Shown here one piece after another: positions 49,238 through 59,200 of a stretch of 64,000 nucleotides of DNA; position 1 is the stretch's first letter, and every line of letters starts with the position of its first letter. The stretch comes from Chloroflexota bacterium (GTDB taxonomy: Bacteria; Chloroflexota; Limnocylindria; Limnocylindrales; CSP1-4): assembly GCA_004297395.1 (NCBI GenBank), contig SCUO01000018.1:2383-66382 (forward strand), written 5' to 3'. The translations under genes were made by a program, and so were the position numbers. The notes under the pieces were generated by a model. The model had not been told where the DNA came from and did not search any database. It worked only from the letters and a program-made list of their open reading frames with translations.

Positions 49238-49245
49238 CGGGTGGG

Positions 49246-49274
49246 AGGGTAGAAACCACGCGGCGTGGTGTCAA
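49246..49274 (-). promoter_or_regulatory. trmB promoter TTGACA-N17-TACCCT-N8-ATG (leaderless), with palindrome ACCACGC-G-GCGTGGT in the spacer
   Basis: The minus strand reads TTGACA CCACGCCGCGTGGTTTC TACCCT CCCACCCG ATG. The palindrome occupies 49255-49269. Confidence 0.55.
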
Positions 49275-49305
49275 TGTGGAGAAGCGCCTCGCGTACGATC
49301 ACCGC

Positions 49306-51431
<2,126 letters not shown>

Positions 51432-51435
<4 letters not shown>

Positions 51436-52496
51436 GCCCGCGGCCGGCCCCGGACCGCTCGACCGAGGCGGGATCCTCGCCGGGTGCCGCCCGAACGGCG
51501 GCCCCAACGACGCGCCCGATTCCGGCCGCGACCGTCGTCCTCCTCCGGCCGGCGAACGGCGGCCTCGAGGTCCTCCTGACCCGCCGACCCCCGACGATGG
51601 CGTTCGGGCCGGACATCCACGTGTTCCCCGGCGGGCGCGTCGACGTCGCAGATTCCGCCCCCACGGCGCTCGCCGCGGCGGGGCTGTCCGAGGCGGACGC
51701 CGCGACGAACCTGGGAATCGGCCTCGCCCCGGACGAGGGCATGACCGCCCGCGACGCGCTCGCCCATCACGTCGCCGCGGTCCGCGAGACGTCCGAGGAG
51801 ACGGGGATCGCGATCGCGGCCGCGGACCTGATCTCGCTGACCCGTTGGGTGACGCCGGCGTCGCTGTCGCGGCGCTTCGACGTCCGGTTCTTCGCCGTGT
51901 TCGTCGCCGCCGGAACGGAGGTCGGCGCCGGGTCCGACGAGGTCGCCGAGGCCTCGTGGCTGCGTCCGGAAGCGGCACTCGAGGCCGCCGAGCGGGGCGA
52001 CATCGAGATCTGGCAGCCGACGTTCGTGACGCTCCAGCAGCTGGCCGGTCTGGTCGATGCCGTCGGCGTCCGCGCGGCGTTCGCCCCCGGTCCGGCGCGA
52101 GGCGGCCCGACGATCGAGCGACTCCGCCCCGGGTTCGCTCGGGTGGATGCGGCGTGGGCCGCCGGGATCCCGGGCCGGCGCGGACGAGGTTGGCTCGTCG
52201 GGACTCGGGAGGTCGTCGTCGTGGACCCGGCCGACCCGACCGGGGTCACCTCCGACGCCATCGAGGCGGCCGTCGCCGCGGACGGTGCCCGGCTCGCCGG
52301 TGTGGTCGTCACGAGCCTGGCGCCGGAGCGTCATGCCGGCGTCGAGATGCTGGCCCACGGCCTGGGCCTGCCGGTCGCAGCCGCCGCCGGGACCGCGGCC
52401 TGGGCGCCGTACCCGGTCGTCGAGGTGGGACTCCGCGCCGCGCTGCCGTTCGGCGATCCGGGCCTGACGATCGAGGCCCTCCGGTCGCTCGGCTGA
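51432..52496 (+). CDS. NUDIX hydrolase with C-terminal degenerate metallo-beta-lactamase-like region
   Basis: GTG overlaps the upstream [11 protein letters not shown]...[12 protein letters not shown] is Nudix-box-like. In the C-terminal region VVVDPADPT...[13 protein letters not shown], the HxHxDH motif is not intact. Confidence 0.65.
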
Positions 52497-52522
52497 GCGC
52501 GTACGTCAGCCCTGCGCGGCAG

Positions 52523-52924
52523 TCAGCCCGATAGGTCGCGCGCCCCATTCCGCCACGCGGCGACGTCGGCGAACCATCGTCGCTGGGCGACCAGGACGGC
52601 CCCGGCGAGGCCGTGGAGCAGCGCCAGGACGAGCGGCAGCGGCCGGTCCGCCGCCGGGAGGTACAGGATCGCCACGAGCACCGCGAGGTTGACGGCGAGC
52701 AGCCAGGCCCGGCCCACTCGGACGACAACCCCGAGCGCGATCGAGGCGGCGTAGGCGATCGTGGCGACCCCGATGATCGGGCCCTTGGCCGGCAGGCTGC
52801 CGGTGACCACGTACTCGCCGAGGGCCAGCTGGCTGAAGCCGAGGAGCCCCCCGAAAACCAGTACTGCGGCGGCGAGGTCGATGGCCGCCGGACGGGGCGG
52901 GGGCGGATGATCGCCCGACCGCAT
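52523..52924 (-). CDS. small integral membrane protein (133 aa, about 4 TM)
   Basis: ATG 52924 overlaps the tatA stop by 1 nt (TGATG). Hydrophobic segments include AAAVLVFGGLLGF, IIGVATIAYAASIALGVVV, LLAVNLAVLVAILYL and LVLALLHGLAGAVLV. Confidence 0.6.
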   Translation of the reverse strand: MRSGDHPPPPRPAAIDLAAAVLVFGGLLGFSQLALGEYVVTGSLPAKGPIIGVATIAYAASIALGVVVRVGRAWLLAVNLAVLVAILYLPAADRPLPLVLALLHGLAGAVLVAQRRWFADVAAWRNGARDLSG

Positions 52925-53127
52925 CAGGGAGCTGGCGGCTTGTCCGCGTCGTCCCCGCTGCCGCGATCGTCCCGATCGGTCCGGTCGGTCCGGATCTGGT
53001 TCGCCTCCTCGCGGGCGGCCTTGACGCCCCGGCCGAGCATCGCGCCGATCTGGGGGAGGGTCTTGGGACCGCGCCAGATCACGACCACGATGAGGATGAC
53101 GAGCAGGACGAGGACGAGGTCTGGCAC
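52924..53127 (-). CDS. tatA: twin-arginine translocase TatA/E-family subunit
   Basis: A TM helix LVLVLLVILIVVVIW is followed by RGPKTLPQIGAMLGRGVKAAREE (compare the FGxKKLPxLG hinge and amphipathic helix) and an acidic tail. GTG 53127 lies 6 nt after TACCAT (complement of 53134-53139). Confidence 0.8.
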   Translation of the reverse strand: MPDLVLVLLVILIVVVIWRGPKTLPQIGAMLGRGVKAAREEANQIRTDRTDRDDRGSGDDADKPPAP

Positions 53128-53260
53128 GCCGCGATGGTACTCGACCCGGGGAGCTCGTCGGAGCCCGCCTCGGAGCCCGCCTCGGCTCCCCGGCTTCGCC
53201 CTCGGGCGTCGCTACCGCCCTGCCCGGTGTCCATCGCCACGGGCGGGTATCGTCCCGCGG

Positions 53261-55060
53261 GTGGAACCCATCCTCGTCTTCGGCCCGTGGTCGGAGCGGT
53301 ACGACCTGGGGCCGGGCCACCCGCTGACGCCTCGCCGCTTCGGCCCCGGCATCGACCTCATCCGGGCCGTGACGGCCGCCGCAGGCGGGGGTCCGATCCG
53401 GGAGCTGCCACCCGAGCCGGCACCGGACACCGAGCTGCGCTGGGTCCACGACGCGGGCTACATCGAGGTGGTCCGCCGATTCTCGGACCAGCCGTTCGGG
53501 AGCTGGGAGGCCGGCATCGGGCCCGGCGACACGCCGGCCTTCCCGGGCATGCACGACGCATCGGCAGCGGTTGCCGGCGGCTCGATCCGGGCGATGGCGG
53601 CGATCCTCCGCGGCGACACCGACCACGCCGTCCATCCGGGTGGCGGGCTCCATCACGCGATGCCGGGGCGCGCCTCCGGCTTCTGCGTCTACGACGACCC
53701 GGCCCTGGCGATCGCCAAAGCCCGGCTTGCCGGGCTCCGGGTCCTGTACGTCGACCTCGACGTCCATCACGGGGATGGCGTCCAGGCGATCCACCTCGAC
53801 GACCCGGGGGTGCTGACCCTTTCGATCCACCAGTCGGGCCGGACGCTCTTCCCGGGGACCGGGTTCGTGGGCGAGCTCGGGGCGGGGACGGCGGCGGGCA
53901 CGGTCTTCAACCTGCCGATGGAGCCGGGGACCGGCGAGCGCGGCTGGCTGGGGGCGCTTCGAACCGTGCTGCCCGAGGTCGCCGCGACGTTCGGTCCCGA
54001 TGTCGTCGTCTCGCAGCATGGCGCCGATGCCCACGCCTGGGATCCCCTGGCCAACCTCCGGGTGACCACCACGGCAATGGGCGCGGCCGCTCGACTCGTC
54101 CATGCGATCGCCCATCGCTGGGCCGGCGGCCGCTGGCTCGCCACGGGTGGCGGCGGCTACGACGCCTACCGGGTTGTGCCCCGGGCGTGGGCCCACGCCT
54201 GGCTCGCGGCCGCCCACCTCGAGCCGCCGTCGAGGCTGCCCGCCGCGTGGCGCGAGCGCTGGGCCGGCGAGGCCGAGCGGTACGGCCAGGCGCCGCTCCC
54301 GGAATGGCTCGACGACGAGGCGAACGCCGGCCTGCGCCCGGACGGATCCCAGGACGCGGCCGACCGCCGGGCGATTGAGACCGCAGCCCTGGTCCGCGAG
54401 CTCGCGGTGCCGGCGCTCGTGCGGGCGGCCGGCGATCTCGGCTGGTGGCGGGCTTCGGTCGAGCTGGACGCCGGCGGATGGTCAGGCCTCGGGGCGCCGG
54501 TGGGCGACGGCAGTCGAGTGGCCACGGGCACGGGAGATACGGCCCCGGGAATCGCGGCCCCGGGAATCACGGCACCGGACGGCGTCATCGAGGTGCTCGA
54601 CACGGTTGATGCGGCGACATGGGTCGGCCTGGACCTGGCGAGCCAGGTGATCGCCCCCGCGTCGCCGGCCGGAGCGCAGCAGCTCGTCCTCGCCGCGCTC
54701 ACGAGCCCGCACGCCGTCCGGGTCAGCGCGGCCGTGGCCGGCGGGACCGTCGTGGGCCTCGTGGTCTCGGCGGCGCCCGGGGGCCGCCGGCTGCTGCTCG
54801 GCCTGGGGGTGGCACCGGATCGCCGTCGCCGCGGCCTGGCCGGCGAGCTGCTTCGCCGCCACGTCGACGGGCCGCACGGGGTCGAGCCGTGGGACGCCGC
54901 CGTCACGCTCGCCGAGCGCGATGCGGTGGAGCCACTCGCCCGTGATACCCGCGGCGCGATCGCCCGCCGGCTGCTCGAGGGCGCCGGCTTCGAGGTCGGG
55001 CGGGCGGGCGGGCCGGTGGGAGATGCCGACCCCGGGGCCCTCGTCGCCCATCGCGGCTGA
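53261..55060 (+). CDS. AcuC/histone-deacetylase-family protein fused to a C-terminal GNAT-like acetyltransferase domain
   Basis: HDAC motifs: GGGLHHAMPGRASGFCVYDD, YVDLDVHHGDGVQ and FPGTG. The C-terminus has GNAT motif-A-like LLLGLGVAPDRRRRGLAGELL. GTG 53261 lies 7 nt after TATCGT (53248-53253). Confidence 0.75.
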   Translation: MEPILVFGPWSERYDLGPGHPLTPRRFGPGIDLIRAVTAAAGGGPIRELPPEPAPDTELRWVHDAGYIEVVRRFSDQPFGSWEAGIGPGDTPAFPGMHDASAAVAGGSIRAMAAILRGDTDHAVHPGGGLHHAMPGRASGFCVYDDPALAIAKARLAGLRVLYVDLDVHHGDGVQAIHLDDPGVLTLSIHQSGRTLFPGTGFVGELGAGTAAGTVFNLPMEPGTGERGWLGALRTVLPEVAATFGPDVVVSQHGADAHAWDPLANLRVTTTAMGAAARLVHAIAHRWAGGRWLATGGGGYDAYRVVPRAWAHAWLAAAHLEPPSRLPAAWRERWAGEAERYGQAPLPEWLDDEANAGLRPDGSQDAADRRAIETAALVRELAVPALVRAAGDLGWWRASVELDAGGWSGLGAPVGDGSRVATGTGDTAPGIAAPGITAPDGVIEVLDTVDAATWVGLDLASQVIAPASPAGAQQLVLAALTSPHAVRVSAAVAGGTVVGLVVSAAPGGRRLLLGLGVAPDRRRRGLAGELLRRHVDGPHGVEPWDAAVTLAERDAVEPLARDTRGAIARRLLEGAGFEVGRAGGPVGDADPGALVAHRG

Positions 55061-55115
55061 CGCGCTTCGCGGCTGACGCGCGTCGTCGCTGACCAACCAT
55101 CCCGCCCGGGACAAG

Positions 55116-55152
55116 ATGAACGGCCCGGGTGGGGGGATCCCGGGCCGTTCAT
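55116..55152. terminator. bidirectional terminator hairpin (14-bp perfect stem) between convergent genes
   Basis: ATGAACGGCCCGGG-N9-CCCGGGCCGTTCAT. Confidence 0.6.
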
Positions 55153-55208
55153 TGGGGGTGGGCTCGCGGCGGTTGGGAGGCTGGGGGCGCCCGCCGGAGC
55201 GCGGATCG

Positions 55209-55967
55209 TCAGCTGGTCGGGGGGTGCGTCGAGACCCTGGCCCGCCAGGGCGTCCCGAGCATCGGCAGGAGGTACCGGTCGACGCCGTAGTAGCCGGCCA
55301 CTCGCCAGGCGAGGATGAGCCCGATCGCGAACGTGAACAGGACCGGGTTCGTGGACGCCGAGCCGGCGAGCAGGAACGACATGTTCATGAGGGCCCCGAA
55401 GAAGGCCGCCACGCCGGTCAGCATGCCGACGAGGAGCCCGATCCCGACGGCGATCTCGCCGAAGGTGATCACCCACGCGAACCAGGTCTCATGGTTGCCA
55501 TTGAGGAGGAAGTTGACGAAGTCGCGATACCACTCGAACGAGATCGGCGGGCGGCCTTCCTCGGGGATCGAGGCCGCGCGCTCGAGGTAGCCGCGCAGGG
55601 CGGCGCCGCCGCCGAGCCAGGCATTGTCGGGATCGAAGGCCTTGTGGAGGCCCGCCTCGAGCCACGAGAAGCCGAGGAAGATCCGGATCGGCAGCCAGAA
55701 CAGGCCGGCCCGGGTGTTGGAGAAGAGGAACCGGGTGAACGCCGGGCCCTCGACTTCGACGACATCGGCATCGGCCGTCTTGCGGTCACCGAACAGCAGC
55801 GCCACGACGACGATCGCAAGGATCCAGAACGCGACCGTCACGATGCTTCGGAGGCTGTCTCCGCCGAGGGTTTCCGGACGGATCTCCTCGATCGGGACCT
55901 CCATCCACAGGACGAGGAGCGCGGCGAGCAGGCCCAGTGGCGCTGCCCATCTCCTGAGGCTCGACAT
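55209..55967 (-). CDS. DoxX/DoxD-like membrane protein
   Basis: ATG 55967 follows GAAGGGAATGGGAAC. RAGLFWLPIRIFLGFSWLEAGLHK plus several TM helices. Confidence 0.6.
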   Translation of the reverse strand: MSSLRRWAAPLGLLAALLVLWMEVPIEEIRPETLGGDSLRSIVTVAFWILAIVVVALLFGDRKTADADVVEVEGPAFTRFLFSNTRAGLFWLPIRIFLGFSWLEAGLHKAFDPDNAWLGGGAALRGYLERAASIPEEGRPPISFEWYRDFVNFLLNGNHETWFAWVITFGEIAVGIGLLVGMLTGVAAFFGALMNMSFLLAGSASTNPVLFTFAIGLILAWRVAGYYGVDRYLLPMLGTPWRARVSTHPPTS

Positions 55968-56201
55968 GTTCCCATTCCCTTCGTGACCGGACCGGCCAGG
56001 ACGTCGACTCGCTGGGCTGCGCCATGGAGTGGCCGCTCCGTTTCGCTCAAACCTTCGCAAACCTGTCAATCCTCGCGTACTGCCCGACGGCCCGTCATCG
56101 GGGACCGACGGACCGCACCACCCGGGACCTTCGGCCCTCCGAGGACGGGCCGAGCGGCACGACCCACGTCGCCGGGGCCCTGACGCACCCCCGCTGGCCG
56201 A

Positions 56202-56217
56202 TCGAACATCTGGTCGA
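56202..56217 (+). promoter_or_regulatory. SOS-box-like palindrome TCGAAC-ATCT-GGTCGA overlapping the -35 region of the lhr promoter
   Basis: There is one mismatch to the mycobacterial LexA consensus TCGAAC-N4-GTTCGA. TACACT (56234-56239) follows, and GTG 56249 lies 9 nt after it. Confidence 0.5.
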
Positions 56218-56248
56218 TTTGGGCGGGTCGCGCTACACTGCTCGGCCC

Positions 56249-59200
56249 GTGACGACCGCGTCAGTGCCCGCGCCGGCCACCGATCCGCTCGCGCCGTTCT
56301 CGGCCCCGGTGCGAGCCTGGTTCGAGGGCGCGTTCGAGGCCCCCACTCCGGCCCAGGCCGGCGGCTGGGCGGCGATCTCGGCCGGTCACCACACCCTCAT
56401 CCACGCCCCGACCGGCTCGGGCAAGACCCTCGCCGCGTTCCTGTGGTGCCTTGACAGCCTGGCCCGGAACCGGACCCTGCCGCCGACCCGGGGCAACCCC
56501 GGCAGCGTCCGGGTCCTGTATGTCTCGCCGCTCAAGGCCCTGACCTACGACGTCGAGCGGAACCTCCGGGCGCCGCTCCACGGGATCTCGCTCGCGGCCC
56601 AGCGCCTGGGCGAGGAGCCGCCCCGGATCTCGATCGCGTCGCGGACCGGCGACACCCCCCAGGAGGCCCGCCGGGCGCTGGCGAAGACGCCGCCCGACAT
56701 CCTCGTCACGACGCCCGAGAGCCTGTACCTGCTCCTGACCTCGGCCGCCCGCGAGACGCTCAGAGGGGTCGAGACCGTGATCCTCGACGAGGTCCACGCG
56801 GTCGCCGGCACGAAGCGCGGTGCCCACCTCGCCCTGAGCCTCGAGCGGCTCGAGCGGCTCCGCCCGCCCGATGCGCCGCCCCTCCAGCGGATCGGCCTGT
56901 CGGCGACCCAGCGGCCGCTCGACACGATCGCGAGGTTCCTCGGCGGGACGGGCCCCGGCCGCGAGGTGCGCATCGTCGACGCCGGCACGCGCAAGGCCCT
57001 CGATCTCGAGGTCGTCGTGCCGGTCGAGGACATGAGCCGGATCGGGGAGGTGCTGCCGCTCGAGGACCAGCCCGGCGGGCCGGCCTGGCGCGACGACATG
57101 CGGACGAGCATCTGGCCGGCGATCCACCCCCGGATCCTGGAGCTCATCCGGGCGCATCGGAGCACGATCATCTTCACCAACAGCCGCCGCCTCGCCGAGC
57201 GGCTGGCGCACCGGCTCAACGACCTTGCCGGCGAGGAGCTCGTCCGGGCCCACCACGGCTCGATCGCGCGAGAGCAACGACTCGAGATCGAGGAGGCCCT
57301 CAAGGACGGCCGCCTGCCGGCCCTCGTCGCGACGAGCAGCCTCGAGCTCGGGATCGACATGGGCGCGGTTGATCTCGTGATCCTGGTCGAATCGCCGACG
57401 AGCGTCGCCTCCGGCCTCCAGCGCGTGGGCCGGGCCGGCCACCAGGTCGGCGAGCCCTCGAAAGGCGTCCTGTTCCCGAAGTTCCGGGGCGATCTCCTCG
57501 AGGCCGCCGTCGTCGTCGGCCGGATGCACGACGGTGCGATCGAGACGACGGTCATGCCCCGCAACCCGCTGGACGTCCTGGCCCAGCAGCTCGTCGCGAT
57601 GACGGTGATGGATCGCTGGACGGTCGCCGAGCTCCTCGAGATCGTGACCCGGGCGGCGCCGTTCGAGACGCTGTCGCGCGAGGCCCTCGAGGGCGTCCTC
57701 GGGATGCTCGCCGGCGCGTATCCCAGCGACGAGTTCGCCGAGCTGAAGGCCCGGGTGGTCTGGGACCGGGTCACCGACGTCGTCGAGGGCCGGCGGGACG
57801 CCCGGGTCGTGGCGGTGACCTCGGGCGGCACGATCCCGGATCGTGGCCTCTTCGGCGTGTTCCTGGCGGGCGAGGCCGGGACGCCCGGGCGCCGCGTCGG
57901 CGAGCTCGACGAGGAGCAGGTCTACGAGCTCCGGGCGGGGATGCACGGCGACGTCATCGTCCTGGGCGCCAGCTCGTGGCGGATCCTCGACATCACAGCC
58001 GAGCGGGTCGTCGTGGAGCCGGCCCCGGGCGTGCCGGGCAAGATCCCGTTCTGGAAGGGCGATTCGATCGGCCGGCCGGTCGAGCTGGGCCGGGCGATCG
58101 GCGGGTTTGTCCGAGCAGCCGAGGCCGACCTGGCCCGTGGCCCGAAGGGACGGGCGGCGGCGGCGGCGCGGCTCCGCGCCAGCCACGACCTCGACGAGCT
58201 CGCGACCGAGAACCTGCTCGGCTACCTGGAGGAGGAGCGCGACGTCGCCGGGGCGCTGCCGACCGATCGCCGCATCGTCATCGAGCGCTTCCGGGACGAG
58301 CTCGGCGACTGGCGGCTGGTCGTCCTGACACCGTTCGGTGGCCGGGTCCACGCGCCCTGGACGCTCGCCATCGAGCACCGCCTGCGGGAGCGACTGGGGA
58401 TCGAGGCCCAGACGATCTGGTCGGACGACGGGATCGCCATCCGGCTGCCCGAGGGCGAGGGCGAAGGTGGGGCCGCGCGGCTGGCCGAGATCGAGGCGCT
58501 CCTCTTCCCGACGCCCGACGAGGTCGAGGACCTGGTCGTGGAGAACGTCGGCGGGTCGGCATTGTTCGCCTCGCGCTTCCGGGAGAACGCCGGGCGGGCG
58601 CTCCTGCTGCCGCGACGCCGGCCCGGGACCCGGACGCCGCTGTGGCAGCAGCGCCAGCGCTCGGCCGACCTCCTGGCGGTGGCCTCGCGCTACGGCAGCT
58701 TCCCGATCCTCGTCGAGACCTACCGCGAGTGCCTGTCCGACGTCTTCGACCTCGATGCCCTGCGTGACGTCCTGGGGGCCGTGGAGCGCCGCGAGATCGC
58801 GATCCATGCCATCGAGACGGTGAAGGCCTCGCCCTTCGCGGCCTCGCTGCTGTTCGACTACGTCGCGGCCTACATGTACGAGGGCGACGCGCCGCTGGCG
58901 GAGCGGCGGGCCGGGGCCCTGGCCCTCGACCGCGACCTCCTCCGGGAGCTGCTGGGCCAGGAGGAGCTCCGCGAGCTCCTCGATGCCGAGGCCCTGGCCG
59001 ATCTCGAGCTGTCGCTCCAGGCGCTGACCGAGGACCGCCAGGCGACGACAGTGGACCAGCTCCACGACGTCCTGCGCCGGCTCGGGGACCTCGCCGCGGA
59101 CGAGGTCGGGGCCCGCGTCGACGGCGGGGCCGAGGTCGCCGGCCCGTGGCTCGCCGAGCTGCGCGCCGCGCGACGGGCGGTCGTGGCCCGGATCGGGGGC

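Noticed and set aside
52613-53260. Long N-terminal extensions of ORFs 52613-55060 (+), 52523-54217 (-) and 40150-42168 (+)
   Set aside because: The upstream parts are Arg/Pro-rich and overlap better-supported genes (tatA, the membrane protein, merR). Internal starts with a -10 box or ATGA coupling (53261, 52924, 40801) give proteins that begin where family homology begins.
55153-55195. G-run tract (GGGGG-T-GGG...GGG...GGGGG) as a G-quadruplex
   Set aside because: Such runs are frequent in DNA this GC-rich. The adjacent 14-bp hairpin already explains termination, and nothing points to a specific function.
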